This document shows, in pieces, positions 1 through 7,881 of a DNA stretch of 44,003 nt. A program made the translations under genes and the position numbers. Within the stretch, counting starts at the first letter, position 1, and each line of letters begins with the position of its first letter. Source of the DNA: an uncultured Opitutia bacterium (GTDB lineage Bacteria > Verrucomicrobiota > Verrucomicrobiia > Opitutales > UBA953); contig CAIRWP010000131.1 of NCBI GenBank assembly GCA_903882335.1, positions 1 to 44,003 of the forward strand. The letters run 5' to 3'. A model generated the notes under the pieces. That model was not told the origin of the DNA, ran no database searches, and saw only the letters and a program-made list of their open reading frames with translations.

Positions 1-1095
1 CTCTAGCCTCACCACCAGGGGTAGTTTTAGGCCGGTTTCACGCACGGCTTCGACAATACCCGTAGCGATCACGTTGCAGTCCATGATGCCGCCGAAGATG
101 TTCACCAGGATGCCCTTCACGTTGGCATCTCCCAGGATGATTTTGAAGGCCGCCGTGACCTGGTCTTTCGTCGCGCCGCCGCCGACGTCGAGGAAGTTAG
201 CCGGGCTGCCGCCGAAGTGTTGGATGATGTCCATCGTGGACATCGCGAGGCCGGCGCCATTGACGAGGCAGGCGATGTTGCCGTCGAGGGCGATGTAGGA
301 GAGGCCGAACTTCGAGGCCTCGATCTCCTTGGCGTCTTCCTCGTTGAGGTCGCGGAGGGCGACCACGTCCGGGTGGCGGAAGAGGGCGTTGTCGTCGAAC
401 GACACCTTGGCGTCGAGGGCGAGGAGCTTACCTTCCTTCGTCACGAGGAGCGGGTTCACTTCGACCATCGCGCAATCCTTCTCCCAGTAGAACTGGTAGA
501 GCTTGGTGACGAGGGTCACGCACTGCTTGAAGAGCTCGCCGCTGAAGCCGAGGGCGAAGGCGACCTGGCGGGCCTGGAAGGCCTGGAGACCCACGGCGGG
601 GTCGACCTGCACTTTGAAGATCTTCTCCGGGGTCGCGTGGGCGACGTGCTCGATCTCCATACCGCCTTCGGTCGAGGCGACGATGACCGGCTGGGAGGTC
701 GCGCGGTCGAGGAGGATGGCGAGGTAGTACTCGTCGTCGCGGCCGTCGGGGCGCTTGCCGAGGTTGGCCGCCTCGGTGAAGTAGATGGTCTGGACCTTGC
801 GGCCGGCCTCGCCGGTCTGCGCGGTCACGAGGGTGTTGCCGAGCATCGCCTGCGCGTGCTCGACGGCCTTTTCCTTGGTGGCGGAGAACTTCACGCCGCC
901 CTTGAAGCCGTTGGTGAAGGTGCCCTTGCCGCGGCCGCCCGCGTGGATCTGGGACTTGACCATGTAGCCGCCGGCGCCGTCGAGCTGCGCGAGCGCGCCC
1001 GCGAACTGGTCGGCGGTCTGGACGGCGACGCCCTTCGGGACGGCGACACCGAATTTTTCGAACAGGGCCTTGGCCTGGTGCTCGTGGATATTCAT
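1..1095 (-). CDS. sucC: Succinyl-CoA synthetase (ADP-forming) beta subunit; C-terminus cut by window edge
   Basis: Own reverse-strand translation from ATG (CAT at 1093-1095) gives [18 protein letters not shown]... The window edge reads ...[18 protein letters not shown], typical of SucC. It is absent from the ORF track because it runs off the window. Confidence 0.9.
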   Translation of the reverse strand, partial: MNIHEHQAKALFEKFGVAVPKGVAVQTADQFAGALAQLDGAGGYMVKSQIHAGGRGKGTFTNGFKGGVKFSATKEKAVEHAQAMLGNTLVTAQTGEAGRKVQTIYFTEAANLGKRPDGRDDEYYLAILLDRATSQPVIVASTEGGMEIEHVAHATPEKIFKVQVDPAVGLQAFQARQVAFALGFSGELFKQCVTLVTKLYQFYWEKDCAMVEVNPLLVTKEGKLLALDAKVSFDDNALFRHPDVVALRDLNEEDAKEIEASKFGLSYIALDGNIACLVNGAGLAMSTMDIIQHFGGSPANFLDVGGGATKDQVTAAFKIILGDANVKGILVNIFGGIMDCNVIATGIVEAVRETGLKLPLVVRLE

Positions 1096-1117
1096 CGGAA
1101 TGGGCGGGCGGGACGGA

Positions 1118-1681
1118 TTAACCCTTCAGGTCGGCTTCCTTGGCCTTGAGGTTCTTCTCGATGTCGGCCGTGAACTTGTCGGTGTGGGTCTGGATCTCCT
1201 TCTCGGAGCGCTTCATCTCGTCGTCCGTGACGAGCTTGTCCTTGTTGCCCTTCTTGAGGAGCTCGAGGGCGTCGCGGCGGGCGTTGCGCACGCGGACCTT
1301 ACCTTCCTCGGCCATCTGCGTGGCGCGCTTGGCGAGCTCGAGGCGACGTTCGCCGGAGAGGGAGGGGACCGGGCAGCGCATGAAGTTGCCCTGCGGGACG
1401 GGGTTGATGCCGACGTTCGCGGCCATGATGGCCTTGCGGATTTCGTCCATCACGCCCTTGTCGAACGGCTGGACCACGATGGTCTGCGCGTCGGGGGTGG
1501 TGATAGCGGCCATGTCCTTCAGCCGCTGCGTCGTACCGTAGGCTTCGACGTGCACCTGGATATTCTCGATCATACCCGGGGAGGCCTTGCCGGTGTGCAG
1601 GGTGGCGAACTCGTGGGAGGTGTGGTCGACCGCCTTCTTCATGGCGTTGGCGCCGTCGGCGATGATTTTCTTGATGTCCAT
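1118..1681 (-). CDS. frr: Ribosome recycling factor
   Basis: 187-aa ORF with ATG start. The sequence MDIKKII...HEFATLHTGKASPGMIENIQVHVEAYG...RNARRDA matches the RRF family along its whole length. Confidence 0.95.
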   Translation of the reverse strand: MDIKKIIADGANAMKKAVDHTSHEFATLHTGKASPGMIENIQVHVEAYGTTQRLKDMAAITTPDAQTIVVQPFDKGVMDEIRKAIMAANVGINPVPQGNFMRCPVPSLSGERRLELAKRATQMAEEGKVRVRNARRDALELLKKGNKDKLVTDDEMKRSEKEIQTHTDKFTADIEKNLKAKEADLKG

Positions 1682-1711
1682 GGGTGGGGGAGGGGGTGTT
1701 TGGTTGGAAAA

Positions 1712-2446
1712 TCAGGCGACAAGGGTGCCGATGCGCTGGCCGAGGACGGCCTTCTTCACGGCGCCCTTGTCCGACATCGAGAAAACGATGATCGGGAGCT
1801 TGTTGGCCTCGCAGAGCGAGAAGGCTTCGGCGTCCATCACGCCCAGACGCTTGGTGAGGGCCTCGGCGTGCGAGACGCGGTCGTAGCGCTTGGCGTCTTT
1901 ATGCTTCATCGGGTCCTTGTCGTAGACGCCGTCGACCTTGGTCGCCTTGAGGATGGCGTCGGCGCCAATCTCGTTGGCGCGCAGGGCGGCGGCGTAGTCG
2001 GTCGTGCAGTACGGGTTACCGGTGCCGGCGACGAAGATGACGATGCGGCCGCGGGTGAGGTGACGCGTGGCGCGGCGCTGGATGAAGGGTTCGGCGATGC
2101 GGTCCATCGGGATGGCGGTCATGACGCGGACCTCGAGGCCGGCTTTCTCGAGGCGGTCCATGAGGGCGAGGCCGTTGATGACGGTAGCGAGCATCCCCAT
2201 GTTGTCGCCCGTGGTGCGGTCGGTGCCGTTGGCGCGGGCACCGGCGAGGCCGCGGAAGATGTTGCCGCCGCCGACCACGACCGCGACCTGCGTGCCGAGT
2301 TGGCGGAGGGACTTCAGCTCCTCGGCGAGGCGGTCGAGCACCGCCGGATCGATGGATTCGCCGGTGGCGTCGTTCCGAAGGGCTTCCCCGCTGATCTTCA
2401 GCACGATACGACGGTACTTAGACTTCTTGACGGCGGCGGCGGGCAT
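1712..2446 (-). CDS. pyrH: UMP kinase
   Basis: 244-aa ORF with ATG start. It contains YRRIVLKISGEAL...VVVGGGNIFRG...TTDYAAALRANEIGADAILKATKVDGVY, an amino-acid kinase fold of PyrH type. It sits next to frr, as in many bacteria. Confidence 0.95.
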   Translation of the reverse strand: MPAAAVKKSKYRRIVLKISGEALRNDATGESIDPAVLDRLAEELKSLRQLGTQVAVVVGGGNIFRGLAGARANGTDRTTGDNMGMLATVINGLALMDRLEKAGLEVRVMTAIPMDRIAEPFIQRRATRHLTRGRIVIFVAGTGNPYCTTDYAAALRANEIGADAILKATKVDGVYDKDPMKHKDAKRYDRVSHAEALTKRLGVMDAEAFSLCEANKLPIIVFSMSDKGAVKKAVLGQRIGTLVA

Positions 2447-2498
2447 ACAGGGGAAATGAGGAAGGACACCCCCAGCGTCAACCTCGCCTTGGACACGC

Positions 2499-2528
2499 TT
2501 GACTCTCCCCGCCGGAAGGCTCTTCAGT
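2499..2528 (+). promoter_or_regulatory. Possible sigma70-like promoter for tRNA-Gln (TTGACT, 18-nt spacer, TTCAGT)
   Basis: TTGACT lies at 2499-2504 and TTCAGT at 2523-2528, about 10 nt before the mature tRNA 5' end at 2539. The -10 match is weak (3/6). Confidence 0.3.
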
Positions 2529-2538
2529 AGGGGTGCAC

Positions 2539-2609
2539 AGACCCGTGGTGTAACGGTAGCACAAGTGATTTTGGTTCACTTTGTCGGGGTTCGAATCCCT
2601 GCGGGTCTA
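2539..2609 (+). tRNA. tRNA-Gln (anticodon UUG)
   Basis: Cloverleaf folded by hand. Acceptor stem AGACCCG/CGGGTCT, D stem GTGT/GCAC, anticodon stem AGTGA/TCACT. The anticodon loop is TTTTGGT with the anticodon TTG at 2571-2573. T arm CGGGG-TTCGAAT-CCCTG, discriminator A, no encoded CCA. Confidence 0.85.
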
Positions 2610-2640
2610 TGCATGCCATGGGGTGCTTCGTCACCAAGCC

Positions 2641-2669
2641 AAAAAAGAACCCCGGGGTCGCCGGGGTTC
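2641..2669 (-). terminator. Intrinsic terminator downstream of efp
   Basis: On the minus strand the sequence reads GAACCCCGG-CGACC-CCGGGGTTC followed by TTTTTT: a 9-bp GC-rich stem, 5-nt loop and T6. It lies 21 nt after the efp stop. Confidence 0.6.
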
Positions 2670-2689
2670 GCGGAAGGTTGTCGGGCGGC

Positions 2690-3253
2690 TCAGGCGCGAC
2701 CTAGGTATTCCTTGTTCTCGGTGCTGACCTTGATCTTCTCGCCCTGTTTGATGAAGAGCGGGACGTTGACCTGGAGGCCGTTCTCGCAGGTGACCGTCTT
2801 CTGGACGTTGCCGGCGGTGTCGCCCTTGACGGCGGGCGGGGCTTCCAGGACTTCGACGGTGACGGAAGGGGGTAGGTCGACGGTGACCGGCTTCTCCTCG
2901 ACGAAGAGGACCATGTAGGAGGTGCCCGAGATCAGGAACTCCTTGGAGTCCGCGAGGGTCGCGGCCGAGATGTAATATTCCTCGTTGGAGTCGGTATCGA
3001 CGAAGATATAGCTGCCGTCGGCCTCGTAGGAGAACTCGAGCTGTTTGATCGAGTTGTCGAAGACCTCGAAGCTGACGCCGATGCCGCAACGGACCGGGAT
3101 CTTGGCGCCGGTCTTGATCGAGCGGAGCTCCATCTGGACGTAGGAGGCGTTGTTCGGGGGGGTGCGGACGAGGCACTCCAGAACGATGCAGAGCTCACCG
3201 TTGTAGCTCATGATGTTCTTCTTCTTGATACGGTTGACGGGAAGGGAAGCCAT
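2690..3253 (-). CDS. efp: Elongation factor P (atypical loop tip)
   Basis: From the ATG at 3253 the protein reads MASLPVNRIKKKNIMSYNGE... It has the domain II/III motif APPAVKGDTAGNVQK and the C-terminus PLFIKQGEKIKVSTENKEYLGRA. The GTG at 3271 (the ORF-track start) is an alternative start. Confidence 0.85.
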   Translation of the reverse strand: MASLPVNRIKKKNIMSYNGELCIVLECLVRTPPNNASYVQMELRSIKTGAKIPVRCGIGVSFEVFDNSIKQLEFSYEADGSYIFVDTDSNEEYYISAATLADSKEFLISGTSYMVLFVEEKPVTVDLPPSVTVEVLEAPPAVKGDTAGNVQKTVTCENGLQVNVPLFIKQGEKIKVSTENKEYLGRA

Positions 3254-3328
3254 GGGAGTAAAGGCGAACACAAGCCGCCCCCCCCGCCACGGTCAAGCCG
3301 GACTTGCCTCCCGGCAGTCCGCCGGGGC

Positions 3329-4930
3329 TTATTCGCCCCGACCGACCTTATCCGTCACGGCCGGGCTGCCGTCTGGGAGGCGGTAATTGACCTTGAGACC
3401 CTTTAGGCCCTCGAGGTCGCGTCCCAGCCGAGCCTGGAACTCCGGCCAAGAACGGCCGGCGGGGTCCGACCAGGCGACCTCAGCCAGCGCGATGAGTCGA
3501 GGGAAGGCCATATACTCGAGTTTGGCCCCGTTGTAGATGTACTCGGACCAGAGCTGGGCCTGGCACCCCAGCACCAGCTTGCGTTGCTCGGGGGTGAACT
3601 TGGGAGGAATCGGGTCGAAGGCGTAGACCTTTTCCACCGTCAGGGTGCCGCCGATCACGTCGAAGCGCGGGTCCGCGGGGCGCTTGCCTTGGCCGTAGTC
3701 GAAGTAAGTGTGGGAGGTCGGGGCCATCACGATCGGGTTGCCGCGTTCGGCGGCGAGCTGCGCCCACTTCCAGTCGCGCCAGACCATCATGGTCGCCGAC
3801 TTGGACAGGCCGCCCTCCTGGATCTCGTCCCAGCCGATGAGTTTCTTGCCACGGGCCTGCAGCATCTTCTCCAGCCGACCGATGAAGTAGGCCTGGAGCT
3901 CGTGCGCGTCCTTCAGTTTCTCGCGGGCCATGACGCCCTTCGCGAAGGCGGACTTGTTCCATTGGTCCTTGGGGGCCTCGTCGCCGCCGACGTGGAAGTA
4001 GGCGCCGGGGAAGATCGGGCAGAGCTCGGCGAAGACGTCGTCGATGAAGCGGAAGGTCTCCTCCTTCGGGGCCAGCGTGTACTGTTTGACACCCCAACTG
4101 GTCGCCACCTTCGGCGCATAGCCCGGGACGTCGGTGTTGCCCAGTTCCGGGTAGGCCGCGATGGCGGCGCTGGCGTGGCCCGGCATGTCGATCTCCGGCA
4201 CCACCGTGATATGGAACTTCGCCGCATAGGCGACGATCTCCTTAAGGTCCTCTTGGGAGTAGAAGCCGCCGTAGGGCCGGCCGTCGGACTTGTTCCGGTC
4301 GCCCATCACGGGAGAGGCATCGCGGCGGGCGCCGACCTCGGTGAGCTTCGGGTACTTCTTGATCTCGACCCGCCAGCCTTGGTCCTCGGTGAGGTGCCAG
4401 TGTAGGACGTTGAGCTTGTAGAGGGACATCAGGTGCAGCATCCGCTTCACCTGTTCCTTGCCCAAGAAGTGCCTGCCTTCGTCGAGCATCACGCCGCGCC
4501 AAGCGAAGCGGGGCCGGTCGAGCACCATCCCGGGGCGGACGTAGGCCTTGCCGTCGGAGCCTTGATAGGTGAGCGCGTCCAGCGTGTTGAAGGCGTAGAA
4601 GGCACCGGCCTCGGTGGCGGCCTCGATGATGAGGTCCTTGCCCGGCTCGTTGATGATGGCGTAGCCTTCGGGGCCGAAGACGAAATCCCCGTGCTGGTCA
4701 GCCTTGACCAGCCGCAGGGTGGTCTTCCCGGCCGCGGTGGCCCCGATCCGCGGCCGGATGTAGTTCTCGGTCAGCGGGAAGGCCGGGTCTGCCACCAGGT
4801 TAGCGCCCATCAGGGGCCTGGCTGGAGCGTCCATGATCGGAGACCATTGGACCGGCTTGGGGAGGAAGTTCTGCGCTGAGGCGAGGGCGACAGTCAGGGT
4901 CAGCAGCAGGGCGGGGAAGAGGCGTCGCAT
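3329..4930 (-). CDS. Secreted GH20 beta-N-acetylhexosaminidase
   Basis: 533 aa. Signal peptide MRRLFPALLLTLTVALASAQ. GH20 motifs HWHLTEDQGWR and FHVGGDE are present. Confidence 0.9.
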   Translation of the reverse strand: MRRLFPALLLTLTVALASAQNFLPKPVQWSPIMDAPARPLMGANLVADPAFPLTENYIRPRIGATAAGKTTLRLVKADQHGDFVFGPEGYAIINEPGKDLIIEAATEAGAFYAFNTLDALTYQGSDGKAYVRPGMVLDRPRFAWRGVMLDEGRHFLGKEQVKRMLHLMSLYKLNVLHWHLTEDQGWRVEIKKYPKLTEVGARRDASPVMGDRNKSDGRPYGGFYSQEDLKEIVAYAAKFHITVVPEIDMPGHASAAIAAYPELGNTDVPGYAPKVATSWGVKQYTLAPKEETFRFIDDVFAELCPIFPGAYFHVGGDEAPKDQWNKSAFAKGVMAREKLKDAHELQAYFIGRLEKMLQARGKKLIGWDEIQEGGLSKSATMMVWRDWKWAQLAAERGNPIVMAPTSHTYFDYGQGKRPADPRFDVIGGTLTVEKVYAFDPIPPKFTPEQRKLVLGCQAQLWSEYIYNGAKLEYMAFPRLIALAEVAWSDPAGRSWPEFQARLGRDLEGLKGLKVNYRLPDGSPAVTDKVGRGE

Positions 4931-4990
4931 GGCAAGGAAGCCATCTCAATGGCTCCCCGTCCGGAGTTCAAGCCGCCTAAAGGCCTGCAA

Positions 4991-5668
4991 TCACTCGATA
5001 ACGAAGATGGTCCCGCCGATCTGGTTGATTGTCACGTTAGGGGTGCCGCCGGCCGCCGCGGCCTGAGCCGCGGCCGCGTCGCCGCCCTCGATGGTCGAGC
5101 CGGCCGAAGCGGCGACCGTGCGGGCGCAGAGCAGGTCCTTGAACGCCCCGTAGAAGCGCTGCAGCTCTGCCTTCGAGCTGACCACCATCTCGACCGTCTT
5201 GGCGTGCGTCGTGTTCGGGTAAGTTTTGACGACGAGCCCGGCGGTGGCCGATTGGGTGACGTTGTTTACCTTGGACTCGATCGCGCCGAGGGGGCCGGGG
5301 ATGGGGAGCTTGGAAGCGGCCGCCGGGTCCAGCCCGCGGTTCTGGGAGTTCGCGACGCTGGCGCGGTTGGCGCGGTCGGCGACGTCGGCGCTGCCGGGCG
5401 GACGGGTGAAGTAGATGCGCAGCTGCTGGTTGGAGTTCTGCATGTCGACGACGACCTCGCTGACCAGGTAGGCGCCAGTGGTGTACTCTTGGAAGGAGAC
5501 CGAGACCACATGGTCGGCCCGGCCGTAGAAGGACAGTTCGGTCCCGGCGACCTCGATGCCGAAGATGCCGCCGTTGGGGATGGCCCGCTTCTTCATCTTA
5601 AGCGCGAGGGCGTCGGGGGCGAGGGCGGTAAGCGCGAGGGCGGCCAAGGCGAGGGCGGGCAGTCTCAT
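4991..5668 (-). CDS. Hypothetical secreted protein
   Basis: 225 aa with ATG start. N-terminal signal-like segment MRLPALALAALALTALAPDALA. No recognisable family motif. It lies 60 bp upstream of the GH20 gene on the same strand. Confidence 0.6.
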   Translation of the reverse strand: MRLPALALAALALTALAPDALALKMKKRAIPNGGIFGIEVAGTELSFYGRADHVVSVSFQEYTTGAYLVSEVVVDMQNSNQQLRIYFTRPPGSADVADRANRASVANSQNRGLDPAAASKLPIPGPLGAIESKVNNVTQSATAGLVVKTYPNTTHAKTVEMVVSSKAELQRFYGAFKDLLCARTVAASAGSTIEGGDAAAAQAAAAGGTPNVTINQIGGTIFVIE

Positions 5669-5715
5669 GGTGTTAATCCTTTACCCGAGGCAGGCCCGAA
5701 GCAAGACTACTCCCG

Positions 5716-7422
5716 ATGCTGAGCTGCCAAGACCTCACCGTGCAGGCGGGCGCCGACGGTCCCATCATCCTCGATCACGCCACCGCACGCTTCCTGCCGA
5801 AAGGGCTCAACGCCGTCATCGGTCCCTCGGGCTGCGGAAAGACGACCTTGATGAAGGCGATCCTCGGCATCCTGCCGTCGACGGGCGAGGCCTCGCTGGC
5901 CGGCGTCCCGATCACCTGCTCGGAGGATCTCGTCGGCAAGGTCGGCTTCGCCCCTCAGTTCACCGCCGCGCAGGCCCAGCTGACCGTCGGCGAGTCCCTG
6001 GATTACGCCCTGCGCCTGGCCGTCCCCTCCGCCGCCGATCGCCGCACCCGCCTCGAGGGGGTGCTCGACGTCACCGGCCTCAAGCCGCACCGCAATAAGC
6101 GCGTCTCGTCGCTTTCGGGCGGGCAGCTGCGCCGGCTCTCCCTGGGGCTGGAACTGACGCTCGATCCGGCCTGTATGGTCTGCGATGAGGTGACGTCCGG
6201 CCTCGACCCGCAGTCCGAGGATCAGATCCTCGCGCTGCTACGCGACCTCGCGACGACGCGGGACAAGAGTTTCGTCTGCATCATCCATAACCTCGGGAAG
6301 CTCTACCAGTTCGATTGGGTGACGGTCGTCTACCAGGGAGACGTCGTCTTCCAGGGCTCCCCGCAGGCGCTCTTGGGTTACTTCAAGATTCCCGACGGCC
6401 TGGGGCTCTATGAGGTGCTCAACGCCTCGGACCTCGCCACCTGGCGCGACCGCTGGGCGATCCACCAAGCCGAGCACCCGGGGGCGTTCGAGGCCGCCGC
6501 GGCGGCCGTGGGAACCTCGCCGGAACCCGAGCCGCTCCCCGAGCCGGTCCTGCCCGGAGGCGTCTCGCAGTTCTGCACGCTGCTGGCCCGTCGCCTCCGC
6601 CTGTTCTTCCGCGATACCGGTTACCTCGGTCTCACGCTCGCGATCACGTTCGGTTTCCCGCTGCTGGTCGTCATCTTCAACTTCAACGGGGTCTGGAATC
6701 TGCAGGATATCTCCCTCGAGAGCAATCCGGCCTCGGTGTCGGAGTTCCAGGCGCGGATCGCCGACTCGCTGAACAATGCCCGCGTGGCGAACATGGCCGC
6801 GGGTCTGGTCATGTTCCAAGTGATCCTGCTCACGCTCATGGGCGCGAACAACGGCGGGCGCGAGATCTCCGCCGAGCGGCAACTTTACGAGAAGGAACGC
6901 ATGACTGGCCTGCGTCCCTGGTCCTACGCGCTCTCCAAGATTACCTTCGTCTCCCTCATCGCCGTCTTCCAGGGCGTCTGGATGTGCGTCTTCGTGAAGC
7001 TGATCTGCTGCTTCCCGGGAGGGTGGGCCCCCCAGCTCGGCATCCTAGTCGCGAGCTGCGTCTCGATGTCCGTCGTCTGCCTCGCCTTCTCGGCCTTGCT
7101 GGCGTCGCCGGAGAAGTCCTCCTTGCTCTCGATCTACCTCGTCGGCTTCCAGTTGCCGCTGTCCGGCGTGGTGCTGGCCTTGCCCGACCAACTGACCTGG
7201 GTCTGTCGCCCCTTCATTAACTCCTATTGGGGCTGGTCCGGCTTCATGAAGTCCATGGCCGATGACCAGTCCGTGCGCCTCTGGGGGGCCTACGTGAACA
7301 GCCTGGCGGATAAGTCCGCCCAGATCGCCGACAACCAGGTCTCAATCATGGTCCTGTCTGTCCATGCGATGCTGGCCATCGCCCTCATCATGGTCGGTTG
7401 CCAGCAAAAGCGCTGGAACTGA
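5716..7422 (+). CDS. ABC half-transporter: N-terminal ATPase fused to ABC-2-type permease
   Basis: 568 aa. Walker A GPSGCGKTT, signature LSGGQLRR, Walker B MVCDEVTSGLD, H-loop IIHNL. The C-terminal ~270 aa carry about six hydrophobic helices. Confidence 0.85.
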   Translation: MLSCQDLTVQAGADGPIILDHATARFLPKGLNAVIGPSGCGKTTLMKAILGILPSTGEASLAGVPITCSEDLVGKVGFAPQFTAAQAQLTVGESLDYALRLAVPSAADRRTRLEGVLDVTGLKPHRNKRVSSLSGGQLRRLSLGLELTLDPACMVCDEVTSGLDPQSEDQILALLRDLATTRDKSFVCIIHNLGKLYQFDWVTVVYQGDVVFQGSPQALLGYFKIPDGLGLYEVLNASDLATWRDRWAIHQAEHPGAFEAAAAAVGTSPEPEPLPEPVLPGGVSQFCTLLARRLRLFFRDTGYLGLTLAITFGFPLLVVIFNFNGVWNLQDISLESNPASVSEFQARIADSLNNARVANMAAGLVMFQVILLTLMGANNGGREISAERQLYEKERMTGLRPWSYALSKITFVSLIAVFQGVWMCVFVKLICCFPGGWAPQLGILVASCVSMSVVCLAFSALLASPEKSSLLSIYLVGFQLPLSGVVLALPDQLTWVCRPFINSYWGWSGFMKSMADDQSVRLWGAYVNSLADKSAQIADNQVSIMVLSVHAMLAIALIMVGCQQKRWN

Positions 7423-7469
7423 GCCGTTTTGCCCCTAGACTTCTTTTAGCCCCTTCCTTTCCTCCGTTC

Positions 7470-7871
7470 ATGTCCAAGATCAACCCCCTGGTTTTCGCGC
7501 TCGGCATCCCCTTCGTGGTCATCGCCGTGCTGCTCGTCGTCGTCGTCGGACGCACCGGGGGCAAGTTCACGAACCTCTCCCCGTTCTCGCTTAAGTCCTA
7601 CCGCCAGGACTGGACCGCGCTGCAGGGCAACTCCTACCGCCTGGATTGTAAGGTCGAGCAGCAGCTCGCCTTCCTCGAGGGCAAGGGCCGCCTGCTGGTG
7701 GTGAGCCCGATCGTCGACCGCGACAAGGAGATGGACAAGGCCAACCTCGGCCGCCTGCCGGTCTTCGTGCCGGCCGACTCCACCCAGTCCTTCGAGGTCG
7801 GCCAACGTTTCAAGTTCAAGGTCCGTCTGAACCGGGACCTCCTCCTGGTCGAGGACCTCGAACGCTTCTGA
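7470..7871 (+). CDS. Hypothetical single-pass membrane protein
   Basis: The ATG at 7470 gives MSKINPLVFALGIPFVVIAVLLVVVVGR..., one TM helix followed by a ~100-aa soluble domain. The ORF-track start at 7398 overlaps the end of the ABC gene and is less likely. No family motif recognised. Confidence 0.5.
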   Translation: MSKINPLVFALGIPFVVIAVLLVVVVGRTGGKFTNLSPFSLKSYRQDWTALQGNSYRLDCKVEQQLAFLEGKGRLLVVSPIVDRDKEMDKANLGRLPVFVPADSTQSFEVGQRFKFKVRLNRDLLLVEDLERF

Positions 7872-7881
7872 TTTTCCCGCC

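Noticed and set aside
217-2530. Plus-strand ORFs 217..1149 (310 aa) and 1070..2530 (486 aa).
   Set aside because: They are antisense to sucC, frr and pyrH, which are unambiguous. The products are G/V/L/D/H/E/R-rich with no motifs, so they are shadow frames.
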